DNA of 64,000 nucleotides from Eledone cirrhosa (Eukaryota): NCBI GenBank assembly GCA_964016885.1, contig OZ024741.1, positions 153,574,001 to 153,638,000 of the forward strand, read 5' to 3'. Shown piece by piece: positions 12,345 to 26,534 of this stretch (position 1 is its first letter; each line of letters starts with the position of its first letter). The notes under the pieces were generated by a model. It saw only the letters and a program-made list of their open reading frames with translations, ran no database searches and was not told where the DNA came from. The position numbers and the translations under genes were made by a program.

Positions 12345-13679
12345 CATACAATTCACAATGGAATCCAATCCTAAGGAATTAGCCTTCTTGGATATTCTCA
12401 TCTCTGTAATAGACGGGAAATTAGATACAGATATATTCTATAAACCCACAGATTCCAAGCAATACCTCTTTTTCACATCAAGTCACCCAAAACATACAAA
12501 ACTTAACATTCCTTACAATTTGGCCAAACGTATATGTACCATAGTATCAGATCCACCTAAACGGGAGCAAAGACTAAAGGAACTAAAAGACACCCTTATC
12601 TTAAGAGCCTTTCCACTTTAAATAATCAACAATGGAATAGACAGGGCAAAACACCTAAATCCCCATCAACTTAACAATCCAAAACAGAAAACCACACTCA
12701 ACACCCTGCCATATGTATCCACTTTCAACCCCAGAAATACCGAAATGTTTGATCACCTACACAAAAACCTCCCCATCCTACTTAAAGATGTAAAAATGAA
12801 GTCTATTCTTGAAACACACAAGATCCTTAAAAGTAAAAGACAACCCAAATCACTTAAACGCATTCTCACTGGACCAAATATACCCAAACCAATCCTCAAC
12901 CCTACAGTTACCAAATGTGGTAGAACAAACTGTGGAACGTGCCTCTACCTCACTGAAGGACAAACATTTACAGTAAAAAACAATTTCACCTGCAACTCGG
13001 AGAACTTGATTTACGCAATAACTTGCGGTGGGTGCAAACACAACTACATAGGACAGACGGGCACCTCATTACGCAAAAGAATGACCATCCACCGCCAACA
13101 AATCCGGGACGCTAACACAAGAAAAATCCCCTTGAGCAGCCATATTGCGAACTGCGCAGGAATGACACTACCCAACTTTAAAATCTTCCCCTTCTACAAG
13201 TGCTCAGATTCGTTCACACAACAACAAAGAATAAACAAAGAAAATCTATTCCTTAACAAATTTAAACCAAAACTAAACGGGTTATCACCCCAATAGAATT
13301 GTCATAAAATATAAACACACATACGCACGGAATCACTACTATTAAAGACCAGAGACCAATTCTGTAGAATCAGGTTTATTCGTTGACAGACCATGCCTTT
13401 GTGTGACCAACACATCCATGTTAAACCCTGCACGTGCACACACATATATCTATATATATATGTGCACACAGAATTCACCACTATCGGTTGCGGGGCCCAA
13501 TCTACATGAAGAACTCAATGTGATCAGAATGACTTGTATTTTAATTTCACTGTCCCAACTTCTTATATTATGGAAAAAATATATGTGTATGTATGTATAT
13601 ATATATATATATATTTGGAGGCCATTTCTCTGTGTGTGGGTGTATGTATTATGTGTGTATCTGGATGTATGCGTATGTG

Positions 13680-13720
<41 letters not shown>

Positions 13721-14334
13721 GTGTGTGTGTGTATATATATATATATGTGTGTGTGTATCTGGATGTATGTATATATGTGTGTGTGTGTGTGTATGTGTAT
13801 ATATATATGTATATGTATGTATGTGTGTATATATAGGTGTAAGTGCACTAAATCCCTTTCTATCACGCTCCACTCTCCTACCCACCACAGGAAGATATAT
13901 GTATGTATATTGCTTCCACCCCCTCACTGACCAGCAGCTGGCCAGTTGGCCATTGCTAAATCTGACCTTTATAAAATAACCCACACCCCAAATAACTTCT
14001 CATTCACTACCAGAAAGGGACACAGCAGTCAACCTGTTGTTGCTACCTAGATGAAAACTACTATGAAATCCCACAATGAATTTTATACTTGAATTTTCAA
14101 ATCTCAAATTTTAACTCTTCGTATTATTAATTTTTCTTAATATTAATCAACATTTGAAAAGATGGCTTTTGCAGACCCATCGAAACCGGTCATTTTTTAT
14201 ACCCTTTATTATTTCCTTACCTTATAAAATTATATGTTTTTTCACAAAAAAGTATTCTGTCTCTTATATATTCCATGTGCCATTACCAACCTCAATTTTC
14301 TCTATAACCTTCGTTTTGTGTAGAAAATTACACT

Positions 14335-14340
<6 letters not shown>
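12343..14340 (+). mobile_element. Penelope-like element, 5'-truncated: RT thumb + Cys linker + GIY-YIG endonuclease, then 3' UTR/pLTR
   Basis: IQFTME...LAFLDI...[10 protein letters not shown]...SSHP (RT C-terminus), stop at 12619-12621, KCGRTNCGTC, and NLIYAITC..CKHNYIGQTG..RKRM..H (GIY-YIG) ending at 13296. The 3' limit is approximate. Confidence 0.88.
14149..14196 (+). ncRNA. Degenerate type I hammerhead ribozyme in the Penelope pLTR
   Basis: TTGAAAA (2 mismatches to CTGAAGA), GATGG..CCATC, GAAA, palindromic CCGG, TC; stem I AACAT/ATTTT is imperfect. Confidence 0.6.
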
Positions 14341-14385
<45 letters not shown>

Positions 14386-14820
14386 GAGGAGTGGAAAGTG
14401 GGAGACATGCACATTCAGTTTCCCAACAGATTTTTGCTTACTACTAATAATTAATTAGTATACTACTAAATATTCGCTTGCTTTTGATTGATTTCTTTTG
14501 AATTGTCAGCAGGTCAGGTTTTATCAGACAGTCGATTGACTCCATCTAGAATTGTTACTTGTTTTAACAGGCCCGGAGATGGGGAAAAGCAACAATCGAT
14601 CCCGGTGGAATGTGAACTTAGAACGTAAGAATATGAAACTAAATGCTCTGGGGCTATTAATCTGACGCCCTGTTCTTCCTAACAACTTCCTAAAATTAAC
14701 TTGGCGGTGGGTTAGGCAGAATCAGAAAAGCGTTGAACAAAACGCAAAGTTAATGCAGTTTACGTTCTGAATAGATACACTATTCATTTTGATTTTTAAA
14801 ATTAACAAAAAGAAATATAA

Positions 14821-15185
14821 TAATTGTTTCTACTTTTGGCACAAGGCCAGAAATTACCCAGTGCATTACTGGTACTTTATTTTATCGACTCCGTAAGGAT
14901 GAAAGGCAAAGTTAGCCTCGACGGGATTTGAACTCAGACCGTAAAAGGACGTAACTATGCTAGAAAGCATGGCGTCCAAACCCTCTACCGATACTGCCAA
15001 TAATAATTGTTTCTACTTTTGGCACCAGGCCAGCAATTATCCTAGTGCATTACTGGTACTTTATTTTATTGACCCCGTAAGGATGAAAAGCAAAGTTAAC
15101 CTCGGCGGGATTTGAACTCAGATCATAAAGGGAGGTAACTCTATGCTTCAAAGCATGGCGCCTGACCCTCTACCGATACTGCCAA
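14821..15185 (-). mobile_element. Two tandem copies of a ~180-bp tRNA-derived SINE
   Basis: On the minus strand each has TGGCAGTATCGGTAGAG (A-box-like) and GAGTTCAAATCCC (B-box). Same family as 41833-42194 and 50311-50491. Confidence 0.85.
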
Positions 15186-15721
15186 TAATAATACAATGCT
15201 TTCCTGTAAGCACAAACAAATATAATATAAAGAACGGGGGGAGGGGGGAACAGAAGTGGTTAGCACACACATCTGGGACCACATACAACAAAAATCAGGC
15301 GAAAGGGGTGAACAACCGAGTCGCTACCACAGTAAAAGATAACAGTATCGTGAGGAGCACTGGGAAACCTCTCTAATGATTTTTAAGGCAAGCCAGCACG
15401 CTCGCATCGTTACCTCAGGTGATGGCGAGGCTGATGCGCTGGAACAACCTAGCGCCCTCGCGAGCTTCACCAGTTACCTGTTAGGCGAGGATTTTGTTCC
15501 GAATTCAAATCCCACCAAGGTCAATTTTTCCTTTTATCCTTCTATGGTCGGTTTATTCCTGTAATGCATCCTAGATGTAAATGGAATTATAATATATATA
15601 TATATATCCACAATTCAATAGTATTCTAATAAATAGTGACTGTACAGGTAATCAAAGTGTGTATAATTTTTTTTTTTTTTGGGGGGGGACCCTGTAAATA
15701 TAAATATATATATATGTATAT

Positions 15722-15932
15722 CAGACCTGTCAACTCTCCCCGTTGGACGGAGGGTGGGGGGCTCTGCTACCCAATTTGTGGTGGGTGACAGATGTCTTCT
15801 CTTGTGAAAATGGGCATAGCTTTTCACTACGTAAAATCTCCCCACTCCCCATTTTGCCTCATTTCCTCGCGTTTGGGGGCACCTTTTTTTCATAGCACTC
15901 CCCGTTTGGGCTTTTAGATTTTGGCAGGTCTC
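15722..15932. mobile_element. Short non-autonomous DNA transposon (MITE)
   Basis: Imperfect TIRs CAGACCTGTCAA / TTGGCAGGTCTC; TSD not clean. Confidence 0.5.
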
Positions 15933-17029
15933 ATATGTATTGACTTGCCCTCCTAGGCTAAAATACAAACCCTAATCTTATGGATACTAAAGTGATTAAT
16001 ATATTCACAGCTATACTAATACGTAGTAGGTTAAACATCCGTGTGACAATAACATATTCTGTGTATAGTGTTGTTGCTACACGCTGACGATTTTAAAATG
16101 AGAAATGTTACAGTGATGTTGATAATGTTGATTTCTCTCGAATAGAATCAAGACCCAAGTCTTTCAAGAGGCTTGCTGCAAATGTCACAGAAAAATGTTG
16201 ACATAAAGAGAAATATCAATAAGTTGAGCAATGCTTTTACGGCCTGCCAATGACATATTTTGTCCAATGTCAAATATACATATATTTATGTGGCTGTGTG
16301 TGCCTCCTCGCGCGCATGCGTTAGTGTTTAAGATTTTAAAATCAATTCTTGTATGTTTTTAAGTGATAAATACGTAGATCAAACAATATCTTCATAGTTT
16401 TTAAATATTCTATAAAACTACTAATTCTCAATGAATGGTTTCTTAACTGAATAGCTTGTTCTTTCTGTACTAGGGCTTGGGTACATCGTTATCTTTTTGT
16501 CTTAGAAACAATTTCCTCTCTTTCTCCATGATTTTCTACTGTTTATTTCATTATAGACATCAAAATACTCACTTAATGCTAGCTCTCTTGCTATATAAAC
16601 AGAATCTATTAAAAATATTTACATACAATTAACCTATCATTTCTGGCTCGTTTATTCAGCTTATGCCAGGAAAATTTTCATTTACATGTTTTTCCTTGTG
16701 GAGCAAAAAACTTCTCTGTGCAAAGTATATGCTGTTTTTGTGGATGGTGAAGATGATGATGGGAGGCTTGGTGGTGACAATTGTGCGTGAAATATTTGTT
16801 GAGCTTATTCATTATTGTTTTCTACAGTTAACTGCCCTTCCTAACTCCAACCACGTTGCAGAGTGTACAGGGTGCATTTTCCATGACCGAAGTTGTCATT
16901 GACTCAACTGAAGAACCTTCTCTACCTTAGTTCTTAGTTTCGAACAATAGCGTTTTTAAATCCATGTGTCTATTAACATTTCATGACCTTCACAGCCCCA
17001 GCTTCAGAATCAGAATGGTCATCCTTGTA

Positions 17030-17425
17030 GCATATTGCTATATGGAAGTGAAACATGGACGCTTTCATTCAAACAACGAAAGCACCTTGATGGCACTTAC
17101 ACTCGCCTGCTTCAGCGCATTCAGAACATAAGATGGCGACATCTGACTTTGAGAGAGATATATGCCGGCCTCCCACGCATATCTGTCGTTGTATGTAAAA
17201 GGAGAGTAAGATTTGCTGACCTCTGCCATCGTGCCACCTATGAGGCTGTGTCCCCATTAGTGCTTTGGAAACCACAAGCAGTCACTAAAAATAAGCTCTC
17301 CTACCCCGATGTCATCTCCAGAGATTCTGGTATTGAAATCCAGGACTTGGCAACAGCAATGAACGACAGACCTACGTGGAGATCAATTGTTGAGTCTATT
17401 TTGGCTGAGGCCACCAGATGATGAG
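17030..17425 (+). mobile_element. RTE-type LINE 3' fragment
   Basis: LLYGSETWTL...LQRIQNIRW...DRPTWRSIV followed by a GATGATGAG tail. Confidence 0.8.
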
Positions 17426-17649
17426 GAGTGGTTGTAAAGTATCACGAATGTGGTAGGAGATTGCACACACCTGATTTTAAATTTTTCAACAGTTGAAGCA
17501 TGGCAGTTTATAATTTGTTTCACATATGCTGCATCTGTTAATTTTTTTAAATTATATTTTGATATTCATAAAATCCATAATTACTTGTCTTATTTTGTGT
17601 GAACAAATGTCCTATTTAATTTTGTTGCATGTACTTTATATATATATTT

Positions 17650-17990
17650 CATTTCATTTTCACTTCATTTTACGTCCACTTTTCCCTGCTTGCAAGGGTG
17701 GGACGGGAACTGATTCTGGCTTGATTTCTACAGCTGGATGCCCTTCCTAACACCAACCTCATTTACAGTGAGTGCTGGGTGCTTTTTTGCTGTGGCACCT
17801 CCACGACTACTTTGCAGTGGAATGATAGGGACCCCAGTCCTATCATCTCATTTCTACAGCTGAGTAAACTGGAGCAATGTGAAATAAAGTGTCTTGTTCA
17901 AGGAAACAACACATCACCCGGTCTGAGAATTGAACTCTCAACCTTTCGATTGCAAGGCCAATGCTCTAACCACTAAGCCATGTGCCTCCA
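17650..17990 (-). mobile_element. tRNA-derived SINE with CORE-like body and RTE-like tail (second copy at 51707-52040)
   Basis: Minus strand TGGCTTAGTGG...GTTCAATTC, then CCTTGAACAAGACACTT. A closely similar copy lies at 51707-52040. Confidence 0.8.
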
Positions 17991-18088
17991 TATATATATA
18001 TAGTAATAATAATAAAGTTGAAGACTAAAATCCAAAGAGGGCTCGATAAGGATAAATATATATCAAATATATAAGAACCGTAGAGCAA

Positions 18089-20088
18089 ATATTTATTAAA
18101 ATAACAGATTAAAGTTTAAGCAAAGAATCGCTGCTTTCACCCTTAACGGGATCTTCTGAAACTAAAAAAATCAATCTGTGAACACAGAAGCAAATATTTC
18201 GAAAAACGTTGCAACCGAAGGAAGACAGGAAGACAATACTTTGGTTCGTGGAAACATTCCCTGGCAAAGAACAGAAAAAAAACGAAGATTATGTGGATCG
18301 ATGAGAACAATTACACGCAAAGACAAAACCAAGTTTATGGTATAACTGAAGTCGTAGACTAAAATTCTGTTTAGGAAACCGAATGATTCTCGGCTTCAGA
18401 GTTAAGAATAATGTAAATAAATTACAGAGGTAATTGAAATCAACAAAAATTAAATATATACATGCACACATCCATATACGTACATACACATGCATACGCG
18501 AAAACACCCGCCATGGGTCTGCAAATACAAGCACGTACACAAAAAAACACGCACGCACATACAGAACCCACGCAATGCCTGTACCTGCACACATACGAAC
18601 GTATACACCAAATACACATAAAAAATATATATATGTGGATGTGCGTGTATACATATAATTATATAAACGTATATATATATATACATACATAAATACGTAT
18701 ATAACGCGCGCACACACATACCTATATGTAAATACACATGTTCGCTAAACGTACGTCAACCAAAACACAAAGTACACATATACACACACCCTACATACGT
18801 ACGAACCCGCATACTCACACAGACGCAAAACTCACGTATACACAACCATATGCACATGTACCAGTATATATAATATAATATATACGCCTATAACATATAC
18901 AACGAGAAAGTATACGTACCTTCACAAAACATACAGGTAATATATATACTTACCTATACAAATGAGTAATGGTATAAACATAACATATACTTAACTACCA
19001 CATCAAGACGTAAAATATCCGCGTATAGTTCGTACTATCCGTTAGGGTATAATGTGGGGCTGTAATACAGGAAAGTTTTGTGCAATTTCTGTTTACAAGC
19101 CAAAATTACCTCAGATTTTTTGTTTAAGATGTGGTCTTTGGCATAGAGTATTTCCAGGGCTTCAGCGGCGCAGAGGTCACATGGTCTTTTATTTCCGTTA
19201 TATGATCTAGCCCTAGCTAGGATCTCCCAGTGTAACTTATATTGGGTGTGGTTGTCTTTTAGACTCCAGATATAATCTGAAAGTGACGTCATATTCCTTC
19301 TTAAAGGGTTAAGAAAAGAATGGGTATGCATGTAAAGACGCTGCTTGAAACTATTGGCGGTTAACCCTATGTAGGCCCTACGGGACGTGGGTGTTTCAAC
19401 CTTACATTTGTAGACAATGTTACTAGAGAGGCATTTCCCAGATAGGAGGCAGTTAACCCGATTCCTACAATTACAGTTAGTACTAACTACAGGGTTGCAC
19501 GTGTTCCTACGGCTAGGTAATTTAGCTAAATTTGAAGCTGTGATGTCATGCGCAAGGTTAGGAGTCGTAAAGTAAGAAATTTTAAAGGTATTTCTATTAA
19601 AAATGTTACTATATTTATGTGCTGGGGGAAAATGCTTCATAATAAGGGAGAGAAAGATCTTAGCTAATGGTGTGGCCACCTCCATATTATGGGTTATACG
19701 CACCATATAATGCGTCGGGATCTATTTTTCCTAGGTCTATTCTCATACTCTGTATATGCTACCTTATCAACAAATCCACTCCGAGCAAGAGCTTCATTGT
19801 AATAAGTGGAATGGTTGGTGAAAATATGCTCGTTTGTAGATAGACGGGAAAGCCTCAAAGAAATGTTTCTTACCAGGTTCTTGGTTATGCTGGCAGGATG
19901 GTTAGAATGCTTATTTATGTAATTAAGTGTATCAAAGTATCGTCTTCCTGTCTTCCTTCGGTTGCAACGTTTTTCGAAATATTTGCTTCTGCGTTCACAG
20001 ATTGATTTTTTTTAGTTTCAGAAGATCCTGTTAAGGGTGAAAGCAGCGATTCTTTGCTTAAACTTTAATCTGTTATTTTAATAAATAT
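18089..20088 (-). mobile_element. Penelope-like element (GIY-YIG part) bounded by inverted pLTR copies
   Basis: ORF 19035-19706 has CNCRNRVNCLLSGKC, NIVYKC, YIGLT..FKQRLYMH and CDLCAAE. The ~155-bp segment 18089-18243 is repeated in inverted orientation at 19933-20088. Confidence 0.88.
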
Positions 20089-20548
20089 ATATATATATAT
20101 GAGTGTGTGTAAAATGTAAACAGAAATAACAAAACAAACAGCACAGACCATGGAAGAAATATATTAGTTTAACCCTTGAATTAGCCAAGAAAAGACACTA
20201 GTCCTTCATCAGAAGATACAATGAGAAATAGAAGAAAGATAAATAGGAAAATGACCATGTTGGATATATATATATCTATATATTACTAAAAGTCTGTGAT
20301 TGCTTGTTTGCTTGTCTGTAATGTAATACAGCCAAAACGATGCATAATGGGAAAATACTTTGAAAGGAAGTTGCCCCTGAAATGGGAATACAAATAGAAT
20401 AAAACAAGTTTTGCGTAAATCGAAGCACGGGTTCCCGAGATATGGGTACTTTCATAAACAGAGAGAGAAGGATGGAGAGAAAGAGATAGTAGTTGAAAGA
20501 GAGACACAGAGAGAGGGAGAAGAGAGAGAGAGAGCTGGTAGTGTTGTG

Positions 20549-20581
<33 letters not shown>

Positions 20582-20782
20582 CTATGACCAGTGTATATAG
20601 ATCACAGACACCCACATATATATAAACACACAACATATATATATATATATATATATGTATACAAACACACATTTATATATAAATGTCTGTATATTTTAAT
20701 TATTTAAAAATTATTTTTAAGTGAATATGATTTTTTTTTATATTTTGAAGTGAATGCTACCCAATGGGTCACGGGTGGTCTA

Positions 20783-20837
<55 letters not shown>

Positions 20838-20841
20838 TACA

Positions 20842-21669
20842 TACACGAGTCATGTCAAAAAAGTAACAGGACTTAGTGTGCTGTGTGAGCTATAAATGGG
20901 GTAGGGATTAGCAGGTTGCATCACCATGTGACATAATATCCGGGGTATATATAACTCCGACCTCAGCGATCTGCAACCATTGTATGTTTTTTTCATGTGC
21001 TTTTGTTAACAGCTCTTCAATTTTAGGCCATTGAGCACAAAGCAATGAACCAACCTGAAGTTTCTGGTCCTGTTGGAAAAAACTCTGTCAAAAGTACTCC
21101 GAACACTGTAACAAGTGTACGGAGATGAGACAATGTTGCACTCACTGGTTTTCAAGTGGCACAAAAGATGACTCCAGGAGAGGAAGGACTTCAATGAGCA
21201 GGACTGAAGTCAATGTTGAGCGCATGAGGCCGGTGGTGCATGGTTATCATTGACTGACTGTTCGACTGATTACAAGAGGTGAGAGTTGTGGCTGCTTCAC
21301 TACGACAATGCAGTGGCTCACAAAGCTCTGAGCATCCAGCAGTTTATGGTCGAGAAGAATATTGCCATGCTGAAGCAACCTCCTTACTCACTTAACCTGG
21401 CTCCGTGTGATTTTTTTCCTTTTCCCCAAGCCCAAGAGGGTCGTTAAGGGAACCCGTTTTCGGTACATGGAAGCCATTAAGAAGGCCTTGACGGCAGAGC
21501 TGCAGAGAATCCCAGGAAACTTCTTCCAGGGGTGCATGGATGTATGACAGAGAAGGATAGGAAAGTGTGTTAGACCCGAGGGGGATTGTCTCGAAGGGGA
21601 AAACTTGTAGTTCGGATTTGAAATATTTTTTTTTGTGACTCTCGTCCTGTTTCTTTCTGGCACACCTTA
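20842..21669 (+). mobile_element. Degraded, internally deleted mariner transposon
   Basis: Imperfect TIRs (..AAAGTAACAGGAC / GTCCTGTTTCTTT..). Transposase remnants HYDNAVAH and QPPYSLNLAPCDFFLFP. Confidence 0.8.
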
Positions 21670-23099
21670 TATATATCACCATCATTTTATGTCTAATTTC
21701 TGTGTTTACATGGATTAAATGGGTTGTCACGTTCTGAAACTAGACAGATCAGATGACTGCGTCTCAGTCATATGTACCATCCTAGCATGTTTCTACAGCT
21801 GGATACCCTTCATTATGGTCAACCACTTCACAGCATGGAGTAATTTATGATGTTACTACCACTTTCACTTAATGGTGGACTGGGCGCATTTTATTGCAAC
21901 ATGACCACTTTACAGGTTGGCCTGAGTGCATTTTATTGTGGCATATTATCATCATCATTAACATCGTTTAACATCCATTTTCCATGATAGAATGGGTTGG
22001 ACAGGTCGTCACAGACTAAGTCAATACTTAATCAAAGCTACTGACCTCTTAGAAGGGCTGGGAACCTACTCCTCACTTACAAATGTTCCCACACAATACT
22101 GAGTGCTCATATGGGCTGGGGTATGGGCGTATCTCACTTACATATATATATGTGTGCATGCTGATTAGTAACTGAAGAATATATTGATATATTTATTTGT
22201 TATTGATAATGTATCTTTATGAGGTCATTGTTTTTGTTAAAGCTGTAGAGAAACCAGCTGTTGTTTTCATGCTACCAGTTTCAATAATGATTTTCATCAG
22301 TTTCACCTATAAGTTTACAGTTTTTTAGTGGTTATATATAATGTTATTTCACTTCCTGGCCTAACTCCCACTACTATCAATCCTGCCAAGATTTAATAGG
22401 AAGTTTAACTATGTCTACATCATTAACCCTTTTAATAATAATAATAATGAAATTATTGTGTACAGTGCTCAGGTGCACTACAACTCATCAAAGGTGCATG
22501 TATAGTGCACCTATTTCTAATTAAATGCACCCTGTTTCAATTAAGGAATAATTTGGAGGATTTTCTAAAATTATTAATTATTTTATTACTACGACTGGTA
22601 ACTTAACATTTGGAATAGGTGTGAAATGTAAAATCGCTCACCTGCCCGCCCTCCCTGAAAGTAGCTGTTGTCTAGCTGCATAGTCCATGAATCATATTCA
22701 CCTCAAAACCTCTGACCAGAAATTCTGGGTTTCATCCAAGCTCACAGACATATGTCTACTAACATCAAATCCCCAGAAGGAATGAGGCTCTCTCATTTTT
22801 CCCTTCTGCTCACATGACATTGCTGCTCCTATTACTTCTGGCATGCCACTCATAGCCCTATATATGGTTCTCATATAAAATTGTTAAAAGATTCTAATTT
22901 AAATGCAAGCCCTTTAAAAGGAGGGATTTTGTTTCATAGAAGTAGAGGCGGTTTGGGGTGGGTTGATATTAGAATCATTGATCAATGTATGTATGTATTT
23001 GTGTGGATATATATATATATTCCAACCCTTGCCTACTTATTTAATCATATAAGTATCAACCTCAGTAACTGATCCATCTATTGGGTCTACTGGAAGTAG

Positions 23100-23700
23100 T
23101 CCCACCTCACCCCCTTCATTCTCTATATTTAGTAATCCCTCGTAAAACATTTCTATGTCTCCTCTGAGTTTCAATGAGACATACTTTTTCCCTAACAACA
23201 TTTTAATTCTCACTGACCAACTCCTGGTAATTCAGACCACTTCATATCTCTGGTCCTCATGTTGTTGAACATTGACAAACCTCTTGTTTTCAGCTTCTCT
23301 TCACATTATGTCAACATGCTGTCTAGCTTCTTTTCTAGATACAAGATATTTCTCTGTTGCACTTTTCTTCCAGTCATTCCAGGCCAGTCTTTTAGCTTTT
23401 ATGGCACTGTCTACAGTATTATTCCACCGCCAAGTCACTTTTTGTCTGACTGGCTCTTTACTCCAGCCACAGATCTCATCCATAGCTTGCAGCAAGTTGT
23501 CTCAGGAAAATTTCCAGTTTCCATCTATGTCATGAGTATTAATCTCATCCTCCTTGTTATACACAATGTATAGGGCATATTTGGACTTATATCTAAATGA
23601 GAGATATTTTAGTTTCCATAACTTCTGTCTCCAGATTGTCATGTGTCTTTGATTCCATCTAGGTCTCTAGAAACCTTACCTCCATTTATCAAAATTGCTC
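23100..23700 (-). mobile_element. Degraded RTE-like LINE internal fragment
   Basis: LQAMDEICGWSK...TWRWNNTVDSAIKAKRLAW resembles the RTE EN-RT linker. Confidence 0.6.
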
Positions 23701-24889
23701 CAGAAACAACAAGCAGATAACTGGCCTGGGAGCAGGCCCATGACCAGGTTGCAACCATATGGAATGTAGATATCTTGTCACCCAATGCTCCATGGGGAGC
23801 AAAAGGAACTAAAAACATGAAGAACTATGAGTCAAATAGTGCTCATACCATGATAAAATTCACTCAGTAGAGCTAAAGGTCATATATAAGTGAGATGCAG
23901 GTCTCTGGCTCATCTCAGAAGGCAATAGCTCTGTCCAACCCTTGCTAGCAGGGAAGACTAATGTTAAATGATGATGATGACGATGATGAATCAGTTATGT
24001 ATCATTACAGTTATATGACTGAGAAATTGAATGATTTATACATTCCTTCACAATCAATAATGTTTTTAATTCAATAGCTAAGTCAGTCTAATTTCTTAGC
24101 TTTGCATCTCCTGTACATTACAGTCATTCAGTAGTGTTATATCAATAATTAATTCACTACTGTCAAAGGGAAATTACAGGCTTATTAAGTGTTGTTTTGT
24201 GGTTTGCATATAAGCAGCTAAAATTCTATAGTTTCTTTGTATTGTCATTTTCTAAGACAGGTTGAGATGAATATGATAGCATAGAACTTCTTCTCCAAGG
24301 AATTGAAACTATAAGGCAGGTGTATATAGAATAGCTTCATTACATTATTGTATATTTTGTACATCAAGATATAATGTGGCATATTGTTTCAGAAAATAAC
24401 CCTCACAGTTTATTATTTTACTGGTTCAATCACTAGATTTTTGTCATGCTGGCTGTAATTTTATTGACTCAAGTCAGTCTTATTTTATTGATCTTCATTT
24501 CATTGTCATCATTTTCATTTAACATCCGATTTCCATGCTAGCAAACTGGGTTGGTACTTAAAGTGGAAGTACTGACTCGAGAGTGATTCAGGGGCCTGCA
24601 TCTCACATTCTTGTACCCTACTGAGTGTTCAGACAGGCCAGTGGCCTGCAACTCACTTACATATAATCCTGCATACTACTAATTTTATCGTGACACTATC
24701 CCATAGCTTGACAGGTTTCTACAGATGGATGTCCTTTCTATTACTAATCATTTTACAGAATATACTAGGTACATTTATCATGTGATTGATAGCTTCTGCT
24801 ACCTAGGTGATATAATTAACAGTGGAGGAGGGTGCTCCAAGAACATAGTAGCTAGAATAAGGTTTCTCCCTATGAATGAAAGGTCAGCT

Positions 24890-25330
24890 GTATGAAGCTA
24901 CATGGTAGTGAAACATGGGCAGTGAATGCAGAGGACATGCGAAGGCTGGAAAGAAAGGAGGCAAGCATGTTTCAATGGGTGTGCAATGTTAATGTGAGAG
25001 AATGACAAAGCATGGGTGAACTAAGAGAGAAACTGGGTATAAGAGAAATCAGATGTACTGTGCAAGAGAGAAGACTGTGATGGTATCGACATGTTATGCA
25101 TATCGATGATGATCACTGGGTGAAGATGTGCCAAGTGATCCCAGTGGAGAGAAGCCGTTGTAGAAGAAGACCAAGGAAGACTTTAGTGGAAGTAGTGAGA
25201 ACTGATATTAAATCGCTGAAGCTCATAGTGGAGATGACAAAGGTACACAACAAGTGGAGAGATGCTGTACTGAAAAGAACCCATCCAACCCATGCAAGAT
25301 TGAAACAACAGACATAAAATGATGATGATC
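24890..25330 (+). mobile_element. RTE-like LINE 3' fragment
   Basis: HGSETWAV...LERKEASM...LREKLGIR...RRRPRKT with stops, and a (GAT)n tail. Confidence 0.78.
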
Positions 25331-25740
25331 TTAACGAGTTTTGAGTTGAACTGCAGTGTATGGTGTTGAATGGTAGAAGAAATAGTTATTAAAGAAATGT
25401 GATGTATATAAAGAATGATAGTTATGTTGTGCATATAAAGAATTATAATTGTGTAAAAAGGTGCAAAATTATGCAAATACAAGGAGCTTATAGAAGAGGA
25501 AAACAACATTTTTCATATAGAACGATATTCTAAATGAAATGCAAATTGCTCTACAAGGCTCACTCATGAATTTTAAATCATGGAACATATGAGCATGTCA
25601 TGATCACATGACCAGTCTAGCCTCAATACATGACAGCCCATCCAACCCATGCCAGTGTAGAAAGCAAACAAAAATGTTGGTGATGATGATAAGTCAATTC
25701 CAGTGGAAACCATTCTGCCACTTCAGCTGGAATTACAAAA

Positions 25741-25958
25741 TTAACCCTTTAGCATTTAAATCGGCCATATCTGGCCAGAATTCTCTCACCTCTTTCTGTT
25801 CAAACCAGTTGTAACCGGCCACTCATACTGATGTTAAGGTATTGTTCTCAAAATAAATAATATCAAAATCTCATAGATTCGATATTATGTGAGGTATAAA
25901 GCCTTTACCGTAAAAATACAATAATATATAGAGAGTAGTATGAATGCTAAAGGGTTAA
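25741..25958. mobile_element. piggyBac-like MITE
   Basis: TTAA-CCCTTTAGCATT...AATGCTAAAGGG-TTAA; sister copies at 26535-26745 and 46816-47021. Confidence 0.85.
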
Positions 25959-26396
25959 ACTTCTGTTGGGGCAATCACAACAACAGAAATAACAAGGGGA
26001 AGACCAAAGATGATGTGGAAGGAAAGGGTAGGGGTTGATCTTAAGCTGATGGATAACAGGAAAGAGATGACAAATGGTAAGATGCTGTGATGGTCTTAAT
26101 GATGATTAATAGTTATTAAAATAATGATGATGATTGTTTTCTATCTGATATAGTAGTGATGGTCTTTTGTTCTTTGTAGGTTTCTTCTTGAACACTACTA
26201 CAATGAGGAAGAGTACAGCAAGCAGTCAAAACATTCCACCTTTGTTGTGATAGGTACATTCTACTCTGCTATACCCTTTAGTTCTAACACAACAACTTAG
26301 AAAGACTGAAATCAACACACACTGACACACACACATACATCTACCACTGTTAGTGGTGATGCTAATTTTGTACATTCCTCCATTATTTCTACCATC

Positions 26397-26460
26397 ATGA
26401 TATATCCAAGATTACTTCACCTGGCTCTATTCATGGTTGTCATTGTCCAGGTTTCAGCTG
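26397..26460 (+). CDS. Cys-rich double-knottin-like protein, coding exon 1 (signal peptide)
   Basis: ATCATGA start, MIYPRLLHLALFMVVIVQVSA+G, strong donor G|GTAAGG (phase 1). A probable upstream acceptor lies at 26179/26180. Confidence 0.8.
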
Positions 26461-26534
26461 GTAAGGATATTATTTTTCACTCCTTATTTCTTATATATCT
26501 TTGTGTTGATTGATTTATGTCTCTGTTTATCTCT

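Noticed and set aside
20165-20215. CTGATGA on the minus strand
   Set aside because: No GAAA box or closing stems follow.
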